Source: Patescibacteria group bacterium
GTDB taxonomy: Bacteria > Patescibacteriota > Patescibacteriia > XYB2-FULL-38-15
Direction: 5' to 3'
DNA: 64,000 nucleotides
NCBI GenBank assembly: GCA_041650995.1
Contig: JBAZJZ010000001.1
Location: forward strand, 227,166-291,165
Positions 40,723 through 50,623 of this stretch are shown here, in pieces; positions within the stretch are counted from its first letter, which is position 1; each line of letters starts with the position of its first letter. A program made the translations under genes and the position numbers. A model generated the notes under the pieces. It was not told the origin of the DNA, did no database searches, and saw nothing but the letters and a program-made list of their open reading frames with translations.

Positions 40723-40914
40723 TCAGCAGGGTCTAAACGCGATGGGTTCGCGCCGCCAGCCGAAACCGTCCGTCATCTTCTCGCTTCTCCCCCCTTCGCG
40801 AAGCGCGCCGTCCTGTGGTGCACCACAAAAGGCAATCGCAACCGGCGGTGGGGACGAAAAGAGCCGTGCCAGGTTTCGCGTGACGAAGTGCGCGAACAGT
40901 CCAGCACTTAGCAT
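40723..40914 (-). CDS. Orphan, GC-rich unit 8 gene 3
   Basis: SD GGAGGAGG before ATG; ends just before the terminator. Confidence 0.5.
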   Translation of the reverse strand: MLSAGLFAHFVTRNLARLFSSPPPVAIAFCGAPQDGALREGGRSEKMTDGFGWRREPIAFRPC

Positions 40915-41016
40915 GCCGGACCTCCTCCGTTCCCTCGGATTTGGGTCAGTGTTAGGTTCCCGCCATTCTTCTTTCTTCGCCCGGGTTTCAGCGCGACGGC
41001 TGACGCTGTCCCGGGC

Positions 41017-41214
41017 TTATGCAGCGAGCGAGCACTCTCCCAAGATCACCTTGGTGAAGACCGCGTCGGACGTGCCTCGGGTTCCAGCTGTTGGCTGGTT
41101 CCCGTGCGCACCAAAAGTGCCAAGGAAGATGTCGGGCAAGGGTTCGAGCCAGAGATCCGGAACGAGCGTCACAGCGACCGCGACGCCAATCATCGGACCG
41201 AGGAAATCCACCAT
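41017..41214 (-). CDS. Orphan, unit 8 gene 2 (start revised to ATG 41214)
   Basis: TGATG stop-start overlap; SD GAAAGGAG. Confidence 0.45.
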   Translation of the reverse strand: MVDFLGPMIGVAVAVTLVPDLWLEPLPDIFLGTFGAHGNQPTAGTRGTSDAVFTKVILGECSLAA

Positions 41215-41450
41215 CACCGCTCTCCTTTCGCGAATCGCCTTCTCTCCCCTACGTTCCTTATCTTGCCCCAAACCCACATGATTCCGGAGAGGAATGAGAA
41301 AAAGCACAGGAAGTATGGCCACAGCAAGATCACGATAATGATGAGGGAGACGTCTGACAGATTGGACTTCAATTCCTTCCGGAGTTGCTTCCAACATACC
41401 ACGACTACTAGGGCCGCGACGATCCCGACGATCCAGATTGTGGTTGCCAC
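41214..41450 (-). CDS. Small two-TM orphan, unit 8 gene 1
   Basis: Two hydrophobic helices; TTGACA 41543, 17 bp, TAATCT; SD GAGAGGGA. Confidence 0.65.
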   Translation of the reverse strand: MATTIWIVGIVAALVVVVCWKQLRKELKSNLSDVSLIIIVILLWPYFLCFFSFLSGIMWVWGKIRNVGERRRFAKGER

Positions 41451-41556
41451 GTTACTTCCCTCTCTATTTCTACGCGGGCAAAATGCCTCGCGTTAAGGTT
41501 TTAACCTTTTGATTAGATTAAGACAGGATTAATTTTCTGTCAAGAGATAATTTATA

Positions 41557-41896
41557 AATAAAAAGAGCCGACCCAAGGTTTGACAACCTATGGATCGGCG
41601 GATGACGAGAGTTGGCGTCCTCGAAGTAGTACCGTCAGGTTGACGGTCGCTGAGTAGCGTCAAGGTGTTTGACTACACCGAGGACAGAAGCCTGGTGGCG
41701 CCGGTGGGGTCCGGTCAGGTCGACGTGGACGTCGGGGAAGCGAACATGTGATTTCCGCTGTCGCGCGAACGCGCGAACGGACCGTACCTGATTCCCATCT
41801 GATCCTCCTTCTTCCGTAGGGGGGTTGCCTTTCACCGTGGAAGACTTCCCCACCCCATGATGTCAATATATTAACACAAGATTGTGTTGTTGTCAA
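41557..41896 (-). other. GC-rich unit 9: promoter, SD and terminator around only a 27-aa ORF (41798-41715)
   Basis: TTGACA 41896, 17 bp, TAATAT; GAAGGAGG then ATG MGIRYGPFARSRDSGNHMFASPTSTST; hairpin 41567-41599. Confidence 0.5.
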
Positions 41897-41997
41897 GAGG
41901 AAAATGTGGTAAAATAGAATCAGCAGTCATTTTGAATTATGGTTTTTGTTTTTAACTTAGCCATAATTCCCGATTCATAATTCATGACTAAAAACCC

Positions 41998-43392
41998 ATG
42001 AAAAATATTAAATTTAGAAAATTCATAAGTTTTGTTGCCCTTATTTCTATCTTTCTGCCCAATCTTGCTTTTGCCGAATTTAATCCAAACTATATTATTT
42101 CCGATCAGGAATTAACTGATCAAAATTCAATGTCTTTGACACAGGTTCAAAAGTTTCTGGAAGATAAGGGCAGTTCTCTCGCCCATTACGCGACAATTGA
42201 TACTGACGGCCTTGGCCGGACTGCCTCGGAAATTATCTGGCGAGTGGCCCAAAGTTATAAAATCAGCCCAAAGGTTTTGCTTGTTACCTTACAAAAAGAA
42301 CAAAGTTTAGTTACGACCGCTGTTCCAACACAAAAACAACTTGATTGGGCAACGGGCTACGGTATTTGTGATTCTTGTTCCATGTCCGACCCTACTCTTC
42401 AAAAATACAAAGGTTTTGCCACTCAAGTTGATTACGCAGCCGGCTGGAAAAGATGGTTTTTAGATAATGCCTTGACCCTCTCCTGGGTAAAACTTCCCGG
42501 CGTAACTTATTTAATTGATACTTACAAAATTACTCCGAGTAATTTGGCCACGGCGGCTTTTTACACTTATACTCCGCACTATCATGGAAATTATAATTTT
42601 TGGAAACTTTGGCAGGATTGGTTTGGAAAATTTTTCCCTGATGGAACAGTTTTAAAAGAAGCTGATGGAACTGGTATTTGGTTGCTTCAACGCGGACTAA
42701 AACGCCAATTTTCCAGTTACTCCGCTTTTATTTCCCGTTATTCTCCGGATAAACTAATTACCGTGTCAAAAAGCGAATTGGAAAATTATGAAACAGGCAC
42801 GCCAATAAAGTTCCCTGATTATTCTCTTCTCCGCTCACCCGCCGGCACGGTTTATCTTTTAGTCGGCGATACGCGACGCGGCTTTTCTTCAAACGAAGTT
42901 TTCCGGACAATCGGATTTAATCCTGATGAGGTCATGGACGCGACATGGGAAGATTTAAACGCCTACATTGAAAACGATCCAATCACTATGCAAAGCGTTT
43001 ACCCGACAGGCGCGCTTTTGCAGGATAAAACTTCGGGCGGAGTTTACTATGTGGAAAACGGAATAAAAAAGCCTCTTTGGGCAAAACAATTTTTAACTTT
43101 ATATTTTGCGAATAAAAAAATCACGGTTGTCTCTCCTGATGAATTAAAGAAATATCCGACGGGCGAACCGGTAAGATTCAAGGATGGCGAACTGGTTCTT
43201 GGAGAAAGTGCCCCAACAGTTTATTTTATTTCAAATGGTGAACGACGGCCGATTCCCACAGAACAAGTTTTTAACGGTCTTGGATTTAAATGGACGAATA
43301 TTATAAAAACCACGGATAAAATTTTATCCCTGCATCCGCTCGGTTCGACAATTTACCTTGGCGGCGCAGTAGAGACAACGGTCAACAATTAA
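41998..43392 (+). CDS. Secreted protein with C-terminal repeats (probable cell-surface protein)
   Basis: Signal peptide AFA; ISPKVLLVTLQKEQSL; repeated (F/Y)P.G.L...VY...G.(R/K) units. Confidence 0.75.
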   Translation: MKNIKFRKFISFVALISIFLPNLAFAEFNPNYIISDQELTDQNSMSLTQVQKFLEDKGSSLAHYATIDTDGLGRTASEIIWRVAQSYKISPKVLLVTLQKEQSLVTTAVPTQKQLDWATGYGICDSCSMSDPTLQKYKGFATQVDYAAGWKRWFLDNALTLSWVKLPGVTYLIDTYKITPSNLATAAFYTYTPHYHGNYNFWKLWQDWFGKFFPDGTVLKEADGTGIWLLQRGLKRQFSSYSAFISRYSPDKLITVSKSELENYETGTPIKFPDYSLLRSPAGTVYLLVGDTRRGFSSNEVFRTIGFNPDEVMDATWEDLNAYIENDPITMQSVYPTGALLQDKTSGGVYYVENGIKKPLWAKQFLTLYFANKKITVVSPDELKKYPTGEPVRFKDGELVLGESAPTVYFISNGERRPIPTEQVFNGLGFKWTNIIKTTDKILSLHPLGSTIYLGGAVETTVNN

Positions 43393-43411
43393 AATTAATA
43401 ATTAGAAAATT

Positions 43412-44203
43412 ATGCTGACTTTCGCGGCAATTACTCCTCATCCTCCAATTTTAATTCCTACAATCGGCCGAGAAAATACAAAAATAATTAAAAAAACCGC
43501 CGAAGCAATGGAAGAGTTGGAGAAAAAACTTTTCGAAGCCAAGCCTGATATCATAATTGTTATTTCTCCCCACGGCGTGCTTTTGCCGGACGCTTTTTCA
43601 ATTAATTTAAATCCTGAATACGTGAGTAATTTGGAAGAATTTGGTGATTTTTCTACTAAAATCAAATTTAAAACAAACACAGCTTTGGCTTTTCGTATCA
43701 AGGAATTGATGGAAGATAAAAATATTCCCCTAACTTTAACGAGCAACGTATTTTTGGATCATGGTGTAGTTGTTCCTCTTTATTTTTTGACAAAAAGGCT
43801 TTCGAAAGTTTCTATTTTACCTATCAGCTACTCATTGCTTGATTTTAAAACAAATTTTAATTTTGGAGATATTCTAAAGGAAATAATTTTAAATGAAGAT
43901 AAAAAAATCGCGGTCATCGCATCAGGAGATCTTTCTCATTGTCTTACTAAAGACGCGCCAGCAGGATATTCGCCGCGAGGTAAAGAATTTGATGATAAAT
44001 TGATTGAGCTTATCACTAATAAAAATACTGCGGGAATTTTAAAATTAGATACCGATCTAGTAGAAAAAGCCGGTGAGTGCGGTCTGCGCTCCATTTTAAT
44101 TCTTCTTGGATTGCTTGAAAGAATAAATTACACGCCAGAAATTTTATCATACGAGGGTCCATTTGGGGTTGGCTATCTCGTCGCCAATTTTAAACTTGAA
44201 TAA
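43412..44203 (+). CDS. amrB: AmmeMemoRadiSam system protein B (MEMO/LigB family)
   Basis: PHPP, ISPH, LDHG, ASGDLSH, YEGPFGVGY. Confidence 0.85.
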   Translation: MLTFAAITPHPPILIPTIGRENTKIIKKTAEAMEELEKKLFEAKPDIIIVISPHGVLLPDAFSINLNPEYVSNLEEFGDFSTKIKFKTNTALAFRIKELMEDKNIPLTLTSNVFLDHGVVVPLYFLTKRLSKVSILPISYSLLDFKTNFNFGDILKEIILNEDKKIAVIASGDLSHCLTKDAPAGYSPRGKEFDDKLIELITNKNTAGILKLDTDLVEKAGECGLRSILILLGLLERINYTPEILSYEGPFGVGYLVANFKLE

Positions 44204-44204
44204 A

Positions 44205-44729
44205 ATGAATGCTCATGTAAAACTGGCCAAGGATACAATTGAAGCTTATCTTAAAACAGGAAAAATCCCTCCCCTGCCCGATAATTTGCCAAAAAATTTT
44301 TTGACTTCCCGGGCGGGGGTTTTTGTAAGTATATATAATGGCGATGATTTACGCGGCTGTATCGGAACATATCTTCCGACAGAGCAAAGCCTTGCGGAAG
44401 AAATTATCCAAAATTCACTTTCCGCAGCGACTAGCGATTATCGCTTTAAACCGATTACGGAGAAAGAATTACCAGATTTTTCTTATTCAGTCTATATTTT
44501 AAGCGAGCCGCGAAAAATAAAAAATTTGAAGGAGCTTAATCCAAAAAAATACGGCATTTTAATTAAATCGGAAACGGGAAAATCAGGACTCCTTTTACCG
44601 GATTTGGAAGGAATTAATACCGTAGAAGAACAGCTATCAGCTGTTTGTAGCAAATGCGGTGTAGATTTATCAAAAGAAAAAATCACCATTTTTAAATTTA
44701 GCGCTACAAAATACGATTCAAATAATTAA
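44205..44729 (+). CDS. amrA: AmmeMemoRadiSam system protein A (AMMECR1 family); start revised
   Basis: GVFVS, LRGCIGT, D.RF.P, GLLLP. Confidence 0.9.
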   Translation: MNAHVKLAKDTIEAYLKTGKIPPLPDNLPKNFLTSRAGVFVSIYNGDDLRGCIGTYLPTEQSLAEEIIQNSLSAATSDYRFKPITEKELPDFSYSVYILSEPRKIKNLKELNPKKYGILIKSETGKSGLLLPDLEGINTVEEQLSAVCSKCGVDLSKEKITIFKFSATKYDSNN

Positions 44730-44732
44730 ACT

Positions 44733-46676
44733 ATGTTTGTTGAAGTTATTCCCCTGGCTCGTCTACCTAAAAACCTTTCTTCTTTCGATTATGAAGTCCC
44801 TCAAAATCTTGAGGGACAAATTAAAATTGGCCAGATCGCGAAAATTCCTTTTCGCGGCAAAAAAATCAGCGGAATTATTATCGCTATAAAAAATCAACCG
44901 GCTGAAATTAAGGCCGCCATTAGGCCGATTTTAAAAATCATTGATTTTGAGGAAAATTTAGATAAAAAATATTTGGAACTTCTGCGTTGGCTTGCCGATT
45001 ATTATCTCGTTTCCTCCGCCCTTGTTTTAAAAACTCTTCTTCCCTCTCCGCCGCAGAAAATAAGTAATTTTAAAATTATTCCACGGCCGACACCTTCACC
45101 CCCAAGTGTCTCCAAAGTGGATTTAGAAGAAATTAAAAAAATCGTTAAGAAAATAATTTCTTCTAAAAAACATCATTTTCTTTTTCACTATAAAAATAAT
45201 AGAAATAAAGTTGCGGTATTTTTAAAGTGTGCGGAAAAAATAGTTTCGGAAGGCCATGGCGTTCTTATTCTTCTTCCTCAAATAAGTGATGTTTTAGAAA
45301 TTTTTTCCTATTTTTCCAGCTTATTTTCCGGAAAAATTTCTCTCCTCCACGGAGAACTATCTAAAACGGAGTATTGGCAAGAGTGGCAAAAAATAAAACG
45401 GAGAGAAACCAGAATTGCGATCGGCACAAGATCCGCGTTTTTTGTCCCCTTTAAAAATCTTGGGCTGGTTATTATTGATAATGAAGAAGCGCCAGATTTT
45501 AAGCAGTCAGATCAAAATCCTCACTACGACGCAAGAGATGCTGCGATGAAGCTATCAGAAATCACTGGCGCAAAAATAATTTTTGCAAGCCAAGCGCCGC
45601 GACCTGAAACATATTTTGAATCGCAAAATAATCCAGATTTTGATTATCTCCCTCCGGAAATCCCCTCCCCTCCCGTTTCTGATCTTATTGACATGAATAA
45701 TGAAATAAAAAATAAAAATTTTTCTTCTTTAAGCGGAAAAATAAAAGAAAAAATATCCGAAACTCTTTCCAAAAAACAAAAAGTTATTTTACTCCTAAAT
45801 CGCCGCGGGGCGGGAACCGCGATTATTTGCCGCGATTGCGATCATATTTTTAAATGTAAAACATGCGAAACCTCGCTCATTTGCCACGATGAAGGATGTA
45901 ATTTACCCAGCAGATTTGTTTGCCACAATTGCGGGGCGGAAGAATCAGCGCAACTTGTTTGCCCAAAATGTCGGGGCAGTAATATTAAATATCTTGGCGT
46001 AGGAACGCAAACCGTAGAAAAAGAAATTAAAAATTTATTTCCCAAAGAAAATATTTTAAGAATTGATAAAGACGCAAAATCTCTGAATCAAAATTTTCCC
46101 TCAGACGCAGAGATTTTTATTGGCACTCAATTCTTTATTAAAAACTATTTAGCGCGGGTTAAAAATATTGGATTGATCGGTGTCATTTCAGCGGATACAC
46201 TAATTTATCGACCAGACTTTCGCTCCGGGGAGAAAATTTTTTCTTGGCTGACAGGTATTATTAATTTTTCCCGCAGTATAAAAAGTCCCCTTATAATTCA
46301 AACTTTTTTTCCAAATAATTTTGTTATTCAAAGCGCTATTGGGGAAAGTCCAGAATCTTTTTATCTTGAAGAGTTGGATAATCGTCAAGTATTGAGTTAT
46401 CCGCCATTTGGTAAAATGATCAAATTGACTTATGGTAATACTGAAGAAAAAAAATGTTTTGATGAGTCGGATAAAATTTTTAAATTATTGAAAAATAGTT
46501 TAGAGGGAAAGGCGGATATTTTTTTTGAGTCCAAACCAAAAAGAGAAAAAAGAAAATTTTTTTCGAAAATTATTATTAAATTTTCTAAAGACTACGAACC
46601 AGTGATAAAAAATGTTATTATAAAAAATATCCCTGATTCCTGGACTATTGACATTGACCCGGAAAATATACTATAA
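44733..46676 (+). CDS. priA: Primosomal protein N' with degenerate helicase motifs
   Basis: N-terminal FDY.VP, IGTRSA, NRRG, four CxxC, G.GT, DFRSGE, YPPF; precedes def-fmt. Confidence 0.88.
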   Translation: MFVEVIPLARLPKNLSSFDYEVPQNLEGQIKIGQIAKIPFRGKKISGIIIAIKNQPAEIKAAIRPILKIIDFEENLDKKYLELLRWLADYYLVSSALVLKTLLPSPPQKISNFKIIPRPTPSPPSVSKVDLEEIKKIVKKIISSKKHHFLFHYKNNRNKVAVFLKCAEKIVSEGHGVLILLPQISDVLEIFSYFSSLFSGKISLLHGELSKTEYWQEWQKIKRRETRIAIGTRSAFFVPFKNLGLVIIDNEEAPDFKQSDQNPHYDARDAAMKLSEITGAKIIFASQAPRPETYFESQNNPDFDYLPPEIPSPPVSDLIDMNNEIKNKNFSSLSGKIKEKISETLSKKQKVILLLNRRGAGTAIICRDCDHIFKCKTCETSLICHDEGCNLPSRFVCHNCGAEESAQLVCPKCRGSNIKYLGVGTQTVEKEIKNLFPKENILRIDKDAKSLNQNFPSDAEIFIGTQFFIKNYLARVKNIGLIGVISADTLIYRPDFRSGEKIFSWLTGIINFSRSIKSPLIIQTFFPNNFVIQSAIGESPESFYLEELDNRQVLSYPPFGKMIKLTYGNTEEKKCFDESDKIFKLLKNSLEGKADIFFESKPKREKRKFFSKIIIKFSKDYEPVIKNVIIKNIPDSWTIDIDPENIL

Positions 46677-46685
46677 TATTTTATT

Positions 46686-47159
46686 ATGATTTTACCTATT
46701 ATCACAACTCCAAATCCAATTCTTCGTCAACACGCGAAAGAAATAAATCCAGAAGAAATCAAAAGCGAGGCTATTCAAAAATTGATTTCCGATATGAAAG
46801 AAACCGTAAGGCCAGCTGGCGGGATTGGTTTAGCCGCTCCGCAAGTTGGAATTTCAATGAGATTAATTGTGGTTGTTACGCAAGAAAAAGTAATGGCTTT
46901 AATCAATCCGGAAATTATTAATTTTTCTTGGCGAAAAGAAGCTGCCGAGGAAGGTTGTCTTTCTGTTCCGGGAAAATGGGGTCCGGTAAAAAGATCAAAA
47001 ATTATTAAAGTTAAGGCGTTCGATGAAAACGGCAAATCTATAAAATTTAAGGCTAAAGATCTTTTTGCCCGCGTTATTCAGCATGAAGTTGACCATTTAA
47101 ACGGCGTACTCTTTATTGATCGGGCGAAAAAAGTTATTGAAGAAGCGCCGAAAATTTAG
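46686..47159 (+). CDS. def: Peptide deformylase
   Basis: GIGLAAPQVG, EGCLS, QHEVDHLNG. Confidence 0.97.
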   Translation: MILPIITTPNPILRQHAKEINPEEIKSEAIQKLISDMKETVRPAGGIGLAAPQVGISMRLIVVVTQEKVMALINPEIINFSWRKEAAEEGCLSVPGKWGPVKRSKIIKVKAFDENGKSIKFKAKDLFARVIQHEVDHLNGVLFIDRAKKVIEEAPKI

Positions 47160-47168
47160 ATTAAAATT

Positions 47169-48113
47169 ATGAATTATAAAATATTATTTGCCGGTAGTGG
47201 GGAATTTGCCGCCGATATTTTAAACAGATTAGCCGATTCAGAATTTCGTCCAATTACTATAATTACTCAACCAGATAAACCAGTTGGTCGAAAAAAAACT
47301 CTCTCCCCTTCCCCGGTAAAAATTGAAGCACAAAAATTAGATCTTGAAATTTACGATCCAAGGAGTTTAAAAAATTTTGAAGCCGAAAAAACAATTAAAG
47401 ATTTGAAACCGGACTTATTGATTGTTGCTGATTATGGAAAGATAATTCCTAAAAATATTTTGGATATCCCAAAATTTGGCGCTCTAAATATTCACCCCTC
47501 CCTTTTGCCTCGCCATCGCGGCGCGGCGCCGATACAGTATACGATTTTAGAAGGCGATAAAAAAACAAGTGTTACAATAATTTTAATGGATGAACAAGTT
47601 GATCATGGGCCGATTGTAGCAATATCAGATTTGGACTTTGAAATTTCAAATTTAACACATACTGAATTATCGAAAAAATTATCAAAATTAGGTGGCGATT
47701 TATTGATAAAAATATTGCCTAAATGGTTTAGCGGCGAAATTAAGCCAATACCGCAAGATGAATCGCGGGCAACTTTCACAAAAATTTTAACGCGTGAAGA
47801 CGGAAAAATTGACTGGCAAAAATCAGCAGAAGAAATTGAGAGACAAATAAGAGCGCTCGAGGGGTGGCCGGGAACTTGGTGTGTATGGCCGGAGGAAAAT
47901 AAAAAATTGAAAATTTTACGCGCGGAAATTTTTGAAAATGATCCGACTGGCGGAGTCGGACAAGTTTCACTTTCTTCTGGCGGAGAAATAATAGTCACTA
48001 CGGGTAAGGGAACCTTAAAAATAAATGAGCTGCAGTTGGAAGGAAAAAATAAAGCAACAGGCCAAGAATTTTTGCGGGGTTATTCTAAAATCATCAGCGC
48101 TACTTTAATATAA
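47169..48113 (+). CDS. fmt: Methionyl-tRNA formyltransferase
   Basis: TQPDKPVGR, NIHPSLLPRHRGAAPI, IDW. Confidence 0.96.
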   Translation: MNYKILFAGSGEFAADILNRLADSEFRPITIITQPDKPVGRKKTLSPSPVKIEAQKLDLEIYDPRSLKNFEAEKTIKDLKPDLLIVADYGKIIPKNILDIPKFGALNIHPSLLPRHRGAAPIQYTILEGDKKTSVTIILMDEQVDHGPIVAISDLDFEISNLTHTELSKKLSKLGGDLLIKILPKWFSGEIKPIPQDESRATFTKILTREDGKIDWQKSAEEIERQIRALEGWPGTWCVWPEENKKLKILRAEIFENDPTGGVGQVSLSSGGEIIVTTGKGTLKINELQLEGKNKATGQEFLRGYSKIISATLI

Positions 48114-48164
48114 ATTTATATAATACAAAACCAGTCGAATTAACGGCTGGTTTTGTATTTATCC

Positions 48165-48350
48165 TTATCTTGCAAAATTAGCTCTTCGCTTTTTGTTGCA
48201 TTCAAAGCAATAAATTGGTCGATCAGCGGCTGGCTTAAAAGGAAGCTCGGTGATCGGGGCGCCACAGTCAGCGCATTTGAGGTTCATGTCAGCGACATTG
48301 AACATCTGGCGCGGAGGTCTGGGGCCAAAGCCTTGATTGTTGAAGGCCAT
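48165..48350 (-). CDS. CxxC-x17-CxxC zinc-ribbon protein
   Basis: CADCG....LPFKP..DRPIYCFEC. Confidence 0.88.
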   Translation of the reverse strand: MAFNNQGFGPRPPRQMFNVADMNLKCADCGAPITELPFKPAADRPIYCFECNKKRRANFAR

Positions 48351-48580
48351 AAGTTACTTGAAGTCTCGGTCATTTTAACTTATGACCTTTTGATATTATC
48401 TCAAGGATCTATCGTTAAAATTGTCCTACTCTTCTGCTCGCTCCCGTCTAAACGAGAGCTTATTTAATTATGTTTACATTATACACTATTCTATGAATTT
48501 GTCAAGATAAAAAGAAGTGGCGTCAACTTGCGTTAACGCCACTAAGAGAAATGATTTTGTAGTTCGGGTGAGGATTTGGG

Positions 48581-48973
48581 CTAGCCCCTCCATGAAACGT
48601 CGGTCAGGGGCACGCTGACCTCTACCTGGCGTTGCGGCCAGCCGTTCTCCGGACCGATCCTCCTGGCCGTCTCGCCCATCGTCTGGACGAATCGGCGAAG
48701 CGCGGAGTCGCTCCGACCCTCCCTCGTTTCGAAGGGAGGCGCGAGGTGCTCCAGAAGATCGGGCGAGAAGCCAATCGTGATCTGGAGCGGATCCTTGATG
48801 CCGTGTTCCTGGCTCGCAGGGATCGAGCTGTCGGGCATCACCGTGATGTCTTCCGGTTTCAATTTCAACCCGAAGTTGAAACGGCGGCATGCTTCGCGGA
48901 GCATCCGCTCGAGCCGTCCACAGCTGAACTCGTGGCTTCCTCCTCCTTTGACCAAAAATTTCACTTTGCCCAT
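48581..48973 (-). CDS. Orphan, GC-rich unit 10
   Basis: SD GGAAGGAG; TTGACA 49060 with TAAAAT; terminator AGTGGCG..CGCCACT 48516-48543. Confidence 0.7.
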   Translation of the reverse strand: MGKVKFLVKGGGSHEFSCGRLERMLREACRRFNFGLKLKPEDITVMPDSSIPASQEHGIKDPLQITIGFSPDLLEHLAPPFETREGRSDSALRRFVQTMGETARRIGPENGWPQRQVEVSVPLTDVSWRG

Positions 48974-49111
48974 CTCTTGTCTTTCTCCTTCCCTTTCCCC
49001 CTACTGCCGCCCTATGCAGCAAACTCGATTATATTTTATACTTAATTGATATTTTGTCAAGATTAAAAACCTCCGCTTTCACGGGGGTTTTTGTCAAAAC
49101 TTTTGTCCCGG

Positions 49112-50542
49112 TTATTTTTTTAACTTTTGAATAAATATATCACAAAAAATTATATATCCAATTCCCAAAGGATGGTTCAAATATGGACTAAAAAAATTTG
49201 TGGCTAAAAGGGCGGCTAATCCGGCCAAAAACCCGAATGCTATAAATACCCCAGAACGCCCCAAACCCCAGCCAGAACGCCAAATTTTAGCGATAAAAAG
49301 AAGATAAACAACTAGTCCGGCCAAGCCAATTTTAAGCATTATATCCAAATATCCCCATTCAAAAGCGTAGGTTGTAAAAATCCCCCCTGGATTAACCTGA
49401 ACCGCGCGAGGATCACTGCTTTTGTAAGTGACTGTTGTCCCAAACCCTGAACCAATAATTGGATGTTTTATAATTGCTTGTCCAAGCGGTGGCAAAAGAT
49501 CCCAACGGCTCCGGACCGCGGCTTCGTCTAAATCGGTCAGGCGGTCGCTAAACATTGAAGCAAAAGAAATTCTTCCCGGCTCGGGAAATGGAAATTGCGC
49601 GGTCGCGAAAGTCGCGGACAAAGAAATTACTAAAATGGCGAGGCCGGCTAAACCAATTTTTACAATTTTTCCCAAAGAAAATTTTTGAATAATTAAAATT
49701 ATCAAAAGTGCGAGAAGTCCGACCGCGAGCCCAACCCAAAAACTTCGAGAAAAACTGATCAAAACCGAAGTCAATGATCCAATCGCCAATAACCAATATC
49801 TCTTGTCCTTTTTGTTTTGCCAAATTAAGAAAGCGGAAAAAATAAAAAACCCAATCAGTAAATAAATCTGCGACTGGAAAAATATTCGGTAAAAACCGCT
49901 TGGCATTAATGTAACTTCTCCGATTAAAAATTGCCGGAGCCAACGATAGATCGGAAGAACTGCGACTTCAAAACCATGAGAAAAAATGTAAAGGAAGAAA
50001 AAAGTTTTGATAATAATAACCGTAACGGCGGCGGTGAAAATTTGTAAAACATTTTCAATTTGTTCGCGCGATTTTATAACATCAACGAGCGGGAAAATAA
50101 TGCCAAAATAAAGCCAGCCATTAAAATCAAAAAATAAATTTTGGAAAGAGTTGCCGCGAATTAATCCCCAAATAAATCCCCAGATAATAAATGCAAACAA
50201 TATCCAATACCATTTATTTAGCGAAAATTTAAAATCCCGTTTTTCAATTCTTCTATATACCCAAACTGCCATCACAATTAAAAATAAGGCAATGCGCAGA
50301 GAGACCGAAGTTCCGCCTAAATCAAAATAAAATAAATATCCTTTTGAACCAATAAACAATTCTGCTAATAGGATATAAATTCCATATTCCAATTTTTCCA
50401 AAGTTAAAACTAAAGTCAGGCCAAGAATAACAAAAAATGATACTTTATTAAAGAGCGGGAAAAAATACGCGACAAAAGACAAAATTAACGCGAAAGAAAC
50501 GAAGAGCAGCGAGGTTTTAAAATATTTTCCGAATAAGTTCAT
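49112..50542 (-). CDS. O-antigen ligase/polymerase-like membrane protein (start revised to MNLFGK)
   Basis: Many TM helices, SFSRSFW, HPIIGSGFG. Confidence 0.85.
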   Translation of the reverse strand: MNLFGKYFKTSLLFVSFALILSFVAYFFPLFNKVSFFVILGLTLVLTLEKLEYGIYILLAELFIGSKGYLFYFDLGGTSVSLRIALFLIVMAVWVYRRIEKRDFKFSLNKWYWILFAFIIWGFIWGLIRGNSFQNLFFDFNGWLYFGIIFPLVDVIKSREQIENVLQIFTAAVTVIIIKTFFFLYIFSHGFEVAVLPIYRWLRQFLIGEVTLMPSGFYRIFFQSQIYLLIGFFIFSAFLIWQNKKDKRYWLLAIGSLTSVLISFSRSFWVGLAVGLLALLIILIIQKFSLGKIVKIGLAGLAILVISLSATFATAQFPFPEPGRISFASMFSDRLTDLDEAAVRSRWDLLPPLGQAIIKHPIIGSGFGTTVTYKSSDPRAVQVNPGGIFTTYAFEWGYLDIMLKIGLAGLVVYLLFIAKIWRSGWGLGRSGVFIAFGFLAGLAALLATNFFSPYLNHPLGIGYIIFCDIFIQKLKK

Positions 50543-50623
50543 ATCTTGACAATTTATATTTTTATTGATAGATTGTAGTGTAGCCTGAACAATCTCGTTT
50601 AGGCCAGAAGGAGGGTATAAGGG

